DNA of 64,000 nucleotides, from NCBI GenBank assembly GCA_963731735.1, contig CAVSWO010000002.1, positions 334,106-398,105 of the forward strand, in the 5' to 3' direction. How positions within the stretch are numbered: position 1 is the stretch's first letter; every line of letters starts with the position of its first letter. The translations under genes were made by a program, and so were the position numbers. Shown here piece by piece: positions 48,296-58,606 of this stretch. Source of the stretch: Candidatus Kerfeldbacteria bacterium. GTDB lineage: Bacteria; Patescibacteriota; Patescibacteriia; SBBC01; CAIJZX01. The notes beneath the pieces are model-generated. The model was given only the letters and a program-made list of their open reading frames with translations. It was not told the origin of the DNA and made no database searches.

Positions 48296-49927
48296 ATGCA
48301 CACGCGCTGGGAAGGGGTTCAAGCATGGGTTCGGCAGGAATGGTGGTGGCTCTCGTACCTGCTGCTGTTCGCCGTGGTGTTTGTTGGGTTGCTGGGTCTC
48401 CAAGCGAGTCCAAAATTTGCCGATCCCGACTCGTTCTACCACGCCAAAATGGCCATCCTGATTCGTGATCAAGGGTTGATTAAGAATTTTCCATGGCTCG
48501 ACCTGACCGTGCTGGGCCAAGCCTACACCGATCAACACTTACTCTACCACGTGGCCCTAATACCGTTCGTGACCTGGCTGCCGCCGGTGATGGGGGTCAA
48601 ACTCGCGACGGTTTTTTTCGGAGCCAGCTTGGCGGTGGTAGTCTATTGGCTGATGCGTTCGTTTCAGGTTCGCTGGGCCTTCGGATTTGCTGTATTGCTA
48701 TTTCTAATCCGACCCTTTGATTTCCGGATTTCACTGGCCAAAGCCCCAAGCGTTTCATTAATGATCTTGTTGATTGGGCTGGGTTGGGCATTTCACTATC
48801 ATGTCAAACGCTTAGCGGTCCTGGCTTTCGTGTATGTCTGGACCTATGGAGGATTCTTGTTACTTTCCATCGGAACGATTGCGTACGCTATAGTTTCCGC
48901 CGTCAGCAACCGGCTCACCAAGCTTCAACCCCACCGCTGGGTCGGTAAAATTTTCGCCTTAGCGAGCCCACACGCACGGCTCGCGAAACCGCGGCACCTC
49001 AACACTTGGATAGTAGTGGCCGCGCTCGGCGGAACCCTGTTGGGCGTGGTGATCAATCCATATTTTCCGGCCAATCTTTCATTTTATCTCCAGCAGTTGA
49101 TAAACATTGGCGTCATAAATTTTCGAAATGTGATCGGCGTTGGCGGCGAATGGTATCCGTATGGTTTTGTGGAACTGATCGCCGACTCAGCCTTTGCCTC
49201 ACTGCTCTTACTGCTGGCCGGGGCGGCCGCGATTATACGCTGGCGACGCCCAAGTAAACAAACCATAACGCTTGGGCTGATGGCGCTCGGGTTCTTTATT
49301 TTAACGCTGAAATCCCGGCGCTATGTGGAATATTACGTGCCATTTGCGGTGCTCTTTAGCGCCTTTAGTCTGAATGATACTTTGGGCGGTTCGGCCGGTC
49401 GGGCTTGGACGCAAGAAGTTCGGCGTCTATTTTTACGCCCTCGTTGGTCGCGCTGGGTGTTTGGGATAACGATTGGAATTATTCTGTTCGGGGCGGGGTA
49501 TTTGGCGGCGCGTGACTACGCCGGCAATTGGCGCGACTTGCGCGGTGGCTTTACGGCTAATCAGGAACAGGCGGTTAGTCAGTGGTTAATCGATAATACC
49601 AACCCCGGTGACCGGGTTGTGCACTCCGACTGGGATGAATTTCCCCTGTTGTTTTATCACAACACGCATAACACCTATATTGTTGGCCTTGATCCGACCT
49701 TTCTCTACAAAGCCGACCAAGATCGCTATTGGGCCTGGGTCGACATCACGCTTGGAAAATATACTGGCGATGTGTATCAAGCCGTGACGCAGACGCTCGA
49801 TAGCAAATGGGTTTTAGTAACCGCCGATCATAGTGCCATGAACCGGTTGTTCAAGGACGATCGGCGCTTTCGCCTTCGATATCGGGACGACGAAGCCAGC
49901 GTCTATCAAGCCGTTGGACCCTCATGA
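48296..49927 (+). CDS. GT-C-fold membrane glycosyltransferase, STT3/AglB-like
   Basis: Multi-TM; ADPDSFYH in the first external loop; C-terminal soluble domain NTNPGDRVVHSDWDEF resembling the STT3 WWDYG region. Confidence 0.6.
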   Translation: MHTRWEGVQAWVRQEWWWLSYLLLFAVVFVGLLGLQASPKFADPDSFYHAKMAILIRDQGLIKNFPWLDLTVLGQAYTDQHLLYHVALIPFVTWLPPVMGVKLATVFFGASLAVVVYWLMRSFQVRWAFGFAVLLFLIRPFDFRISLAKAPSVSLMILLIGLGWAFHYHVKRLAVLAFVYVWTYGGFLLLSIGTIAYAIVSAVSNRLTKLQPHRWVGKIFALASPHARLAKPRHLNTWIVVAALGGTLLGVVINPYFPANLSFYLQQLINIGVINFRNVIGVGGEWYPYGFVELIADSAFASLLLLLAGAAAIIRWRRPSKQTITLGLMALGFFILTLKSRRYVEYYVPFAVLFSAFSLNDTLGGSAGRAWTQEVRRLFLRPRWSRWVFGITIGIILFGAGYLAARDYAGNWRDLRGGFTANQEQAVSQWLIDNTNPGDRVVHSDWDEFPLLFYHNTHNTYIVGLDPTFLYKADQDRYWAWVDITLGKYTGDVYQAVTQTLDSKWVLVTADHSAMNRLFKDDRRFRLRYRDDEASVYQAVGPS

Positions 49928-51180
49928 TGCTAAACGCGGCGTTGTGGCTGATGGTCAGCCTGCTTGGCCCCCAGCTCATATCCAGCAGTTGGCTGTCACC
50001 GTATTTTACCAGTGGCAGCGGGACCTTGCTTATCTCGGTGTCTGCCCTGATCGGCGTTCTCGTCTTTTGGATACTGGCGGGCAGCCAACGTACAGATCGT
50101 GCTCGCCTCAACTTTATGGTGGTGGTTGTTTTTTCAGGGCTGATTATTGGCCTGGCCTTTATCCGGCAACTTGATCTGCGCGGACCCACCGGCCAACCGG
50201 TTGGGATTCACGATGGTGCGGTGCAAACCGAAGTCGCCGCCAGTTTTTTACTCGACGGCAAGAATCCGTACGCGGCTGATTATTCGAATACCAAGTACGC
50301 GATAATTAATCCGCCGATTCCCGGCGGTCCGGCCGTTAATGTCGTCTGGTCGCATTATATTTACCCGCCGTTGCCGTTTGTGCTCCAGGTTCCTTGGTCA
50401 GCCCTCGGTCGCTGGTTGCATTTTGTGGCTGATGCGCGGTGGTTAACCTTGGCGGCATTTGTGGTGACTGCCGGTATCCTGATCCAACCGGCCAAAGATT
50501 GGACCAAACGGACTACTGTCGCCATTCTGACTCTTGGCAACCCGTTGCTGTGGACCTTCGCGCTGGCCGGACAGAATGATTTTTATCCTGCTCTGGGCCT
50601 AGTCGGAGCGACGTTGGCCATACGCGCCAAGCGTTGGTGGTTGGCCGGCATCACTTTCGGTCTCGCACTGACTGCCAAACAAAGCGTCTGGATGCTTGTA
50701 CCGCTGGTAATTGTTTGGCTGTGGGCCCGCTACCGACGCCAAGCACTTGCCTGGAAACCAGTGCTTTGGGGGGCGGTAGCGAGCAGCCTGGCTATCATCG
50801 GCCCCTTCCTGCTTTGGGGCCCGACCCAGCTCTATGATGACATCATCCGATATGCCTCCGGGTCAATTCCTTTTTCCTATCCAATATCCGGTTCAACGCT
50901 GCTACAATATTTGCACGTGTCTGGGTTGCTAGCGTCGCCCTGGGCAATTGTTCCGACCGCCTGGTTTCAGCTGGCGGTCGGCGTCCCTCTTTTCTGGGTG
51001 CTGGGTAGGCGACTCTGGACCCAACCAACGGCCAGCCAATGGCTCCTAGCAGCTTCGATCTTAATGCTTGGGGTACTGCTGGTCAGCCGCTATGTAAATT
51101 TAAACTATTTTGTTACGCTGGAATTCCTGGTGCTGGCCGCCTGGATTCTTCAACCTCCCAACCCGCATGTTTCGACGTGA
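49924..51180 (+). CDS. GT-C (GT87-like) membrane glycosyltransferase
   Basis: HDG..QTEVA...L..GKNPY..DY, HY.YPP, GQND, KQ motifs. Confidence 0.7.
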   Translation: MMLNAALWLMVSLLGPQLISSSWLSPYFTSGSGTLLISVSALIGVLVFWILAGSQRTDRARLNFMVVVVFSGLIIGLAFIRQLDLRGPTGQPVGIHDGAVQTEVAASFLLDGKNPYAADYSNTKYAIINPPIPGGPAVNVVWSHYIYPPLPFVLQVPWSALGRWLHFVADARWLTLAAFVVTAGILIQPAKDWTKRTTVAILTLGNPLLWTFALAGQNDFYPALGLVGATLAIRAKRWWLAGITFGLALTAKQSVWMLVPLVIVWLWARYRRQALAWKPVLWGAVASSLAIIGPFLLWGPTQLYDDIIRYASGSIPFSYPISGSTLLQYLHVSGLLASPWAIVPTAWFQLAVGVPLFWVLGRRLWTQPTASQWLLAASILMLGVLLVSRYVNLNYFVTLEFLVLAAWILQPPNPHVST

Positions 51181-52447
51181 CGCAATTCTGCTCCTAATAT
51201 TCGGCTTGATCGGCAGCCGCCTGGCCTATGCGCCGGGGCTCGATTACTACCTGACCGGTGGGAGCCAAACATATTATTGGGGGCTGACGGCGCAGTGGTG
51301 GCTGACCGACATGGTCTCGATCGCTAGTTTTTTGTGGCTGACCTGGCTGGATCATCGAAGTCGGTCGTTGTATGAACGACATGCCACCAAAATCATCTGG
51401 GTCGCGAGTTTGCTTTTGATCGCGATCCCCTGGTTTCGTCACACGCTAATTCACCAACAGTCAGTTGAGGGATCATTGATGCATGACGGAACTCTCCAAA
51501 CTGAAGTCGCGGTGCGGGCACTGTGGCAAGGAAAAAATCCTTACCAACTCGATTATCAGGGCACCCTGTATGACTATGCCTTTAGTACCACCGCGCCAAT
51601 AGAGAATTCCGCGTTTACTCATTATGTCTATCCGCCAGCCTTAACCTACCTGGCTATGCCCGAGGTCTGGTTGAGCGACCTGAGTCATACTTGGCCGGAA
51701 CTGAATAGCCTGTATTTGGCGGCCCTGATTGTGACCGTCTTCCTCGTGACCCAAAGAATTTTGCCCGAACAAAAACGTTGGGTTATTCTCCTGGCCCTGG
51801 CCAATCCCCTGGTTACCTTGTATCCGCTTGCCGGCTACAATGATGTACTCGTGGTTAGCGCGCTGGCCCTGACCGCTCTCTTAGCGACGCGAAAACACTG
51901 GGGTTGGGCGGGGTGGTGGTATGCGCTGGCGCTGGGCCTGAAACAGGTCGCCTGGGTAACCGTACCGCTGTGGGCGATTGTCCAGTGGCGACGCTATCAG
52001 CAACACCCGGATGAGCGCCGGCAACTCCGCCGGGGTTGGTGGATCACACTCGGCGTCAGCGCCGCTCTCTATCTTCCATTTTTGATGTGGGACGCACGAT
52101 CATTGATTGATGACCTAATAATTTTCCCTTCCGGTAACCTGATTGGTTCCTATCCAATCGCGGGCAGCACCCTCTGGCAACTGAAAACTTTTTGGCAGGG
52201 AAGGACGCATGTTTGGGACGCCATCCCCTCCAGTTTAACAGCCGGTATCGCGCTGATCGCTTCGCTCGGATTTTTCGGCCGGCGCCTGTGGCGATCAAGC
52301 AGCGTGGTGCGCTGGTTCGGATTTTCAACCCTGACAATATTGTTTACCGGATTAACCCATCGATTTTTTCACGATAATTATTTATCGGTTTTGGTACTGA
52401 TGGGTATTTTGGCGTATGCGCTGGCTCTTCAACCTGAACAATCGTAG
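51167..52447 (+). CDS. GT-C (GT87-like) membrane glycosyltransferase, paralog of the preceding gene
   Basis: Same HDGTLQTEVA/GKNPY/HYVYPP/GYND/KQ/YPI.GSTL motifs. Confidence 0.7.
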   Translation: MFRRDAILLLIFGLIGSRLAYAPGLDYYLTGGSQTYYWGLTAQWWLTDMVSIASFLWLTWLDHRSRSLYERHATKIIWVASLLLIAIPWFRHTLIHQQSVEGSLMHDGTLQTEVAVRALWQGKNPYQLDYQGTLYDYAFSTTAPIENSAFTHYVYPPALTYLAMPEVWLSDLSHTWPELNSLYLAALIVTVFLVTQRILPEQKRWVILLALANPLVTLYPLAGYNDVLVVSALALTALLATRKHWGWAGWWYALALGLKQVAWVTVPLWAIVQWRRYQQHPDERRQLRRGWWITLGVSAALYLPFLMWDARSLIDDLIIFPSGNLIGSYPIAGSTLWQLKTFWQGRTHVWDAIPSSLTAGIALIASLGFFGRRLWRSSSVVRWFGFSTLTILFTGLTHRFFHDNYLSVLVLMGILAYALALQPEQS

Positions 52448-54026
52448 ATTTTTCTGGCTGATCACCGGTCTGGCGATCCTCTTGTCGATCGGTCCGTGGT
52501 TGATCGGTTGGTCAATGCGCCCCGCCGGGTATGAATTTTTTGGCAACTCGGCTGTCAATCCCTGGGACCCGGCGGTCTACTATGGCTATATTGAACAAGG
52601 CCGGACGGGCGGAGTGTTCATGCACGATATCCTGACCAGTGAACCGTACGCGGCGACCCTATTTCAGCCCCTGTGGTGGTTACTAGGACGGCTGGCGGCC
52701 TGGGTACATTTGGCTACCCCCACCATCTTCGCCCTGGCCCGAACCGCGCTCGTCCCGCTGCTCGCGGGGGCGCTCTGGTGGGGCGCGCGGTGGGTATTTT
52801 CTGAACCGCGGCAGCAACGTTGGGCCTTCGGCCTGAGCCTGTTTTTGGGTGGCCTCGGGCCACTGGTGGCCCTGCTGGCCGGACGCGTTGAATTTACGCT
52901 CTCGCCTGACCTTTGGGTAACTGAAGCATTGCCGGTCTTGACGCTCATTAGCTCACCGCACTTTTTGATCGTTACAAGCGGCATTATTTTTACCCTGATT
53001 GGGATCGAACGGGCATATGCAAGCAATCAGTGGCGCTGGGTGGGCTGGGCCGGACTGGCCGCTTTGGTGACCCTAGCCATTCATCCCTTCCACGTGATTA
53101 CCTGGGTGCTGATCTGGGCGCTATTGACCACCTGGCGCGCATTCCAACGTGACCAGCATCCCTGGCGATACTTATTGATGTGGGTTAGCGTGTTAGCCAT
53201 TGCCAGCCCAGCCCTGGCCCTCTACGGTCTCCAGGCGATGTTTGACCCGCTCGTTATTGACCGGGCCATCCAAAACGTCAATTTGACCTGGCCACCCCTG
53301 CAAACATTCACGCTGCTAGGATTAGCGCTGCCTTTGATAGTGTTTGGGTGGACCCAGCGTCCGCGGAATGCGCGCTGGCAAAGCGTGCTGATTATGGCGG
53401 CTGCCTATGTAATTGCCATAGCGCTTCCAATATATTTTCAGCGCCGCCTAAGCCACGGGATGATGATCTTTTTTGCCTGGCTGGCGGTGCCGGGGGCAAT
53501 TCGGTTGGCTGATATTCTGAAACGCCAAGCCACCCCACTTCGTTGGGTTGGCGCCACCATCGCAATCTTTCTCGGACTATGGTCCTGGCTCTGGGTATCC
53601 GGGGTAAACATCAGTGCCTACGCCTACGATAAAACCATTGCGCCGGTACGGCAGTCTTACCTCTCACCTGAGTATCAGGCGCTATTGAGTACCATCAAAC
53701 AGTTCGACCATCGTTCGCAACCGCTGCTGGCGTCACTGACCGACAGCAAAGTTATTTCCGGCCTGACCGCACAAACCGTCTATGTTGCTCAAGCGGTTGA
53801 GACGGTTGACTATAGCCGGAAAGCACAACAGCTGGCGGACTTTTTTACGACTGCCAGTAAATCCACGCAACTCGCATTTGTTCAAAGGCACCATATTTGT
53901 CTGATACTCTATGGTCCACGTGAACAAACCTATGGTTCAACCTTTCAGCCCGCCACTTGGACAACCCTAACCCCGATTTGGCAGACGGATCAACGTACGC
54001 TTTATCGAACCGATCAATGTCAGTAA
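52416..54026 (+). CDS. Multi-TM putative GT-C glycosyltransferase
   Basis: D..VYY..IEQ...G, TSEP, F.PLW, DLWV.E, HPF, QRR motifs; C-terminal soluble domain. Confidence 0.6.
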   Translation: MRWLFNLNNRRFFWLITGLAILLSIGPWLIGWSMRPAGYEFFGNSAVNPWDPAVYYGYIEQGRTGGVFMHDILTSEPYAATLFQPLWWLLGRLAAWVHLATPTIFALARTALVPLLAGALWWGARWVFSEPRQQRWAFGLSLFLGGLGPLVALLAGRVEFTLSPDLWVTEALPVLTLISSPHFLIVTSGIIFTLIGIERAYASNQWRWVGWAGLAALVTLAIHPFHVITWVLIWALLTTWRAFQRDQHPWRYLLMWVSVLAIASPALALYGLQAMFDPLVIDRAIQNVNLTWPPLQTFTLLGLALPLIVFGWTQRPRNARWQSVLIMAAAYVIAIALPIYFQRRLSHGMMIFFAWLAVPGAIRLADILKRQATPLRWVGATIAIFLGLWSWLWVSGVNISAYAYDKTIAPVRQSYLSPEYQALLSTIKQFDHRSQPLLASLTDSKVISGLTAQTVYVAQAVETVDYSRKAQQLADFFTTASKSTQLAFVQRHHICLILYGPREQTYGSTFQPATWTTLTPIWQTDQRTLYRTDQCQ

Positions 54027-55624
54027 CCAAAAAAATTTGGAGCATCATCGGTTTAGCGACCGGACTTTGGATACTTTCCGGCCTGCCGATATTGGTTGGC
54101 GCAATCACGACCGGGCCGAGTGAAGTTTTTGTCGGTCGCGTACCGGCGACCGCCGCCGATACTACCGCCTACTACTCAATGATTGAACAGGCCAAGCAGG
54201 GTCGGATTCTTTTTTCCAATCAGTTTACTAGCCTGACGCAGCACCCAACCATGTTTCACCCGCTGTGGTTGGTGACAGGATGGATCGCCTTTCTGCTGAA
54301 CCTCTCACCCGTTTGGGCTTACCAACTCGTACGTTGGCTGGCGGTAATCGGGTTTTTGGCTCTGCTATGGCGAATTCTTGAAGAAATTTTTTCCGAACGA
54401 CGGTGGCAATGGATTAGCCTACTGATGATTACCCTCAGCGGCGGGTTTGGCTGGCTGACCCAGGCGGATTTTCGGCGGTACGTTGATTTGAGCACCACGC
54501 CGGCAGACCTGTGGGTTGCCGAAAGCACCACCTTTCAATCCATCGGTCACTCGGCCCTCTTCATTGGATCACAAACACTGGTACTTTTTTTGATCTGGCA
54601 ATTGGCGAGCTGGTTACAAGGGCAAACCCGAGCCGGTTGGCGGTGGACGGGGCCGACCATCCTGCTGTTGGGCCTTATTCATCCGTATGATCTTGTCACC
54701 GTCGCGGCGGTAGCATTCGGATGGACCGGCTGGACGTATTTGCGGAGTGGTAAACCAAGCCGGCCGATTGGACAAGTCCTGCGCGCCGGACTCGGCTGGA
54801 TCGGGTGGGTGATCCCAGTTATCGTGTATTATCGATGGTGGGTCTTATCGGAACCGGCCATGGCTGGTTGGTTGGCACAGAACCTTGATTATACCAGCGC
54901 TCCCTACCTGACACTTCTTGGTTTCGGCCTGCTTGTTCCGCTAGCTACTTACGGCGCCATCCGATCATTGCGAGAGCGTCAAACGTTTCTGCATGCCTGT
55001 CTGGCTTGGGCGGTGATTGGCCTGCTGCTCATTTATGCGCCGCTATCGGTCCAGCGTCGCTTGCTCAACGGCCTGCAAATACCGTTCGCGCTGCTGGCAG
55101 CCTATGGGTTTTCCATGGCCTGGAAGCGTTGGAAAGAATGGCCACTGGTACGCAACGTGGCCGCCATTTGCTTAGCGACCGGACTGGTACTATCTCCGTT
55201 GGTGCTCCTGGGAGTTGATATTCGCTACGTTCTGCCCGGTGCGCGTCCCCCGTATCCGGTTCGCATTACTCGTGACACCTACGGCGCCTTTCAGTACATT
55301 CGCCAGCACAGTACTTTAACACAGGCTACCTGGGCTGAGTCCTGGGTAAGTAATAGTTTGACTGGTCTCGAGGGCCGAACTGTTGTTCAAGGCCACGCCC
55401 ATCAGACCATCGATTTTCAACAGCGTTTGCGGGACTGGCTAGTCTTTCGAACGCAGCTACTTAACCCGGATGAGCGCACCGCCATCCTGGATCGTCTAAA
55501 CGTCAAATTTTTACTCTGGCGCCCCCAAGATGCACTCCCAAACGGCTATCGTCCAAGCCAAGATCCGCGCTGGGTGACCCGCTATCAACGCGGTTCAGTT
55601 ACGCTGTTCGAGCGAATCAAGTGA
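54017..55624 (+). CDS. Multi-TM putative GT-C glycosyltransferase, paralog of the preceding gene
   Basis: DTTAYYSMIEQ, FHPLW, DLWVAE, HPY, QRR, GHAHQT. Confidence 0.6.
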   Translation: MSVTKKIWSIIGLATGLWILSGLPILVGAITTGPSEVFVGRVPATAADTTAYYSMIEQAKQGRILFSNQFTSLTQHPTMFHPLWLVTGWIAFLLNLSPVWAYQLVRWLAVIGFLALLWRILEEIFSERRWQWISLLMITLSGGFGWLTQADFRRYVDLSTTPADLWVAESTTFQSIGHSALFIGSQTLVLFLIWQLASWLQGQTRAGWRWTGPTILLLGLIHPYDLVTVAAVAFGWTGWTYLRSGKPSRPIGQVLRAGLGWIGWVIPVIVYYRWWVLSEPAMAGWLAQNLDYTSAPYLTLLGFGLLVPLATYGAIRSLRERQTFLHACLAWAVIGLLLIYAPLSVQRRLLNGLQIPFALLAAYGFSMAWKRWKEWPLVRNVAAICLATGLVLSPLVLLGVDIRYVLPGARPPYPVRITRDTYGAFQYIRQHSTLTQATWAESWVSNSLTGLEGRTVVQGHAHQTIDFQQRLRDWLVFRTQLLNPDERTAILDRLNVKFLLWRPQDALPNGYRPSQDPRWVTRYQRGSVTLFERIK

Positions 55625-57541
55625 AATGGCCGGCAATGTCTGCAGCACTTCGCGCTTGGTAAACTCGGGCGCGAACGTACGGAGCCGATTCAATTTAAGG
55701 TGGCCCACAAAGCGTACCAATGAAATTTTCAGACTGCCCGGGAGAGCGGTGTTAGGGATCGCTAGACGGTAAGTTGTTTGCCACTGTTCACCCGGTTTCC
55801 AGGTAAAACTTGGATTCCAGCCCTGACCGAGCAGCCGGGTGCTTTGCCATCGCGTCCGTCCGGACCGCTGCACGCTAAAGCGCAAAGCCAGCGGTTGATC
55901 AACTTGTTTCCCGGCTAGCCACTCTAACGGAACTTGATACTCCGTAAACCCATCGGGAACGGCAGTCTCAGCAACTGGCTGGACGGCCGTCGTGGCTGAC
56001 GTAACTGCTTCGGTAATTTTTGGAATCGCCCCTCCCGCCGACCCAAAAGATTGCGTGGGGACAAATGTATTTGATCCATTCCGGGTGTAAATTGCCACGC
56101 TATCTATCCAGGTTTGCAAATGCAACCCCTGGTCGGTCAAAAGCCGTGCGATTCGTTCCGACCCATCATATCCCTGGAAATCTGTTTCGCGATAGAGGAG
56201 TTGGTAGTGATAATATTGTTGCCAATCAATCACCGCCGCGTCAATATCGGTCGGCAAAACATACGGAGTGTCGGAGTATTGTCGCTTCCCAAGGTACACA
56301 TAATTAAGTGAATACAAGGTGGTTCGGTTGGCGAAGGTTGGCAGGTAATTAAAAGTCGTCAACACACGATCACTCGGTTGGATCATGGTTGCAACCTGCC
56401 GCAAAATTTTTGGGGCGGTAAACCCGCTATCTCCAACATTCGTCCACGGCCAGACCAGCGGTCCAAACGTAAAGTACGTATACAGCGGACCGACGATCGC
56501 CAAGGCCACTACCCCAACTCGCACCATCGATTGATCAAACAGCATCCAACCCGAATGTTGCCGGAGTCGCTTGATACCGTAAATCGTGGCCCAAGTTAAA
56601 AAGGGCAGGTACGGGATAACATAGTGCAGGCGTAAGATGGATTGCGCGTCCGCGCCAATGAGCATTAATTGCAGGTAGAGCAAGCTGACGGGTACCAAAT
56701 AGCGCCAGGCCGCCAAGGGCAACAACCCAAATCCGATCAAAAATCCGAAGGTCGTGACCCAGTTATTGGGGTGCAACAGGTGCTGCAAAAATACCAGCGG
56801 CCGCCGAAAAGGTGAGAGCAGGATCTCCGGCAGCGAGTGCCCCATCCAGCCATAAAAAGCCAAATATTTGTAGGCTCCCAAGGGCTGGGCCTGGCTAATG
56901 ACATATTGGGCCAGCCAGAAGTAAGCGACAGCCAGGATTGCCGGGACCGCCCACCAACGCCAGGTACGCTTTTGGATCAGGGCCAAACCGGCCCAACCTG
57001 CCAAGAGCAGCGGCATATCTTCCCGCACCAACAGAATGGCGATCAGGCTGGCAATCCACCATCCCCAGCGATGCATTTCGTAAGCCACAATGCTCCACAG
57101 TAAAAGTGGCAAAGCAAAGGCCAGGCCATGAAACTCGTACAGCGCGACATTATAAAATAATGGGTGAGCCAGAAAAACACTCGCCGCGAGCAAACCCACC
57201 CGGGTTGAGAAATGCCGTCGAAATAGGAGCATCACCGGAATGGCCGCACTGACCAACACCAAGGTTTGCGTCCATAAGATCAACAGGCTGCTCGACCACA
57301 GGCGATACAATCCCGCAAGCGGAAGTAGCCACAATTCTAGATGATCTCCTAAGTACGTTGGATCATGAATGGAATTTGCAAAGCCGTGGCCGTGGCCAAG
57401 TGACCACAAGGTTTGTTGATAGATGCCTAAATCCAGGCCATTATAACCAAAGGCCTGAAACTTCCACCACTGCAGGGCGCCAAGGACGATTGCCGTGAGT
57501 GTCATCAGGCCGCTGAGCCACCACCAATACTTCCGTTGCAT
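55595..57541 (-). CDS. DUF2079-family membrane protein (GT-C-like)
   Basis: DLGIY.Q, LGDH, EFH, VRED, HY motifs; multi-TM. Confidence 0.75.
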   Translation of the reverse strand: MQRKYWWWLSGLMTLTAIVLGALQWWKFQAFGYNGLDLGIYQQTLWSLGHGHGFANSIHDPTYLGDHLELWLLPLAGLYRLWSSSLLILWTQTLVLVSAAIPVMLLFRRHFSTRVGLLAASVFLAHPLFYNVALYEFHGLAFALPLLLWSIVAYEMHRWGWWIASLIAILLVREDMPLLLAGWAGLALIQKRTWRWWAVPAILAVAYFWLAQYVISQAQPLGAYKYLAFYGWMGHSLPEILLSPFRRPLVFLQHLLHPNNWVTTFGFLIGFGLLPLAAWRYLVPVSLLYLQLMLIGADAQSILRLHYVIPYLPFLTWATIYGIKRLRQHSGWMLFDQSMVRVGVVALAIVGPLYTYFTFGPLVWPWTNVGDSGFTAPKILRQVATMIQPSDRVLTTFNYLPTFANRTTLYSLNYVYLGKRQYSDTPYVLPTDIDAAVIDWQQYYHYQLLYRETDFQGYDGSERIARLLTDQGLHLQTWIDSVAIYTRNGSNTFVPTQSFGSAGGAIPKITEAVTSATTAVQPVAETAVPDGFTEYQVPLEWLAGKQVDQPLALRFSVQRSGRTRWQSTRLLGQGWNPSFTWKPGEQWQTTYRLAIPNTALPGSLKISLVRFVGHLKLNRLRTFAPEFTKREVLQTLPAISLDSLEQRN

Positions 57542-57584
57542 ATGCAACCATCCTAGCGAATTTCTCAATTCTGCGCTAATAACC

Positions 57585-57610
57585 AAACCCGCCGCAGAGG
57601 CGGCGGGTTT
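57585..57610. terminator. Terminator downstream of the pilin pair
   Basis: AAACCCGCCGC-AGAG-GCGGCGGGTTT. Confidence 0.75.
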
Positions 57611-57638
57611 GAGAAATCGTAATTCAGGAAATCGTCGA

Positions 57639-58013
57639 CTAGGTCTGCGTGACGTTCGCCGTGGTGTTGGCCACGAAGATAACGACCGCCCAAGCCAGTA
57701 AGACGATAATCAAACCGATAACTGCAGCTGAAATAATCTTCTTGGCCTTATCAACTTTTTCTTCATTCCCACCAGCTGTCAGCCAGGTAAAGCCACCGAT
57801 GATGACCATAATGACCGCAATCAGGGCCAGTAAGCCAAGCACGAGCTGCAGAATGTTAATCACGGTTGTCTTCAGGTCGGCATCACCAAGACCGATTTGC
57901 GATCCAACAGATTCAACACTGAAGGTCGAAGCCGTCTGAGCATGAACCAACGCCGGCATCGCCATCGTGGCGATTGAACCCGCGAGTAACGCGTATTTCG
58001 TAAAGCGCTTCAT
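57639..58013 (-). CDS. CPR pilin (TrbC/VirB2-like)
   Basis: VHA|QTASTFS; TM-GF.WLTAGGNEEKVDKAKK-TM; ANTTANVTQT; RBS GGGGGTG. Confidence 0.9.
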   Translation of the reverse strand: MKRFTKYALLAGSIATMAMPALVHAQTASTFSVESVGSQIGLGDADLKTTVINILQLVLGLLALIAVIMVIIGGFTWLTAGGNEEKVDKAKKIISAAVIGLIIVLLAWAVVIFVANTTANVTQT

Positions 58014-58058
58014 TGTATTTTCACCCCCTTTCGTGAACTGAAGATAGAAAAACGTAAT

Positions 58059-58442
58059 TTACGGAGTTGTCTGCGTGACGTTCGCCGTGGTGTTGGCCAC
58101 GAAGATGACGATTGCCCAGGCGAGCAAAATCACGATCAAGCCGATAACGGCCGCCGAGATAATTCGCTTCGCTTGTTCGACTCGGTCTTCATTTCCACCA
58201 GCCGTCAACCAGACAAATCCGGCGTAAATGATGAACACGACCGCAATCAGGGTCATGAAACCCAGAATCCACTGGATAATGTTAATCACGGTTGTCTTCA
58301 GGTCGGCATTGCCAAGACCGATCTGCTCACCAACAGATTCAACGCTAAAGGTTGAAGCTGTTTGTGCATGGACAGCCAGCGGAGCGGCCGCCATCGCAAA
58401 CACGCCCATTCCCATGGCGAGTGCTGTTAAACGTTTCTTCAT
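58059..58442 (-). CDS. CPR pilin (TrbC/VirB2-like)
   Basis: VHA|QTASTFS; AGF.WLTAGGNEDRVEQAKR; ANTTANVTQTTP. Confidence 0.9.
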   Translation of the reverse strand: MKKRLTALAMGMGVFAMAAAPLAVHAQTASTFSVESVGEQIGLGNADLKTTVINIIQWILGFMTLIAVVFIIYAGFVWLTAGGNEDRVEQAKRIISAAVIGLIVILLAWAIVIFVANTTANVTQTTP

Positions 58443-58529
58443 ACGAAAGTTTCCTTTCCGAAGTGTTATTTGTAAAAATATTTTCCTTCTTTTTTCTCCT
58501 CAATCTCCTCGAATGAACAACCTGCTTGG

Positions 58530-58557
58530 ATTATACAAGAATCCCGTCAAAAGTCAA
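58530..58557 (-). promoter_or_regulatory. Strong sigma70 promoter of the pilin pair
   Basis: Minus strand TTGACT-16-TATAAT. Confidence 0.7.
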
Positions 58558-58606
58558 CGCGAGTTATCCTCACGTCGATTAATTTTGCCTAAAAACAGCC
58601 GAAAAC

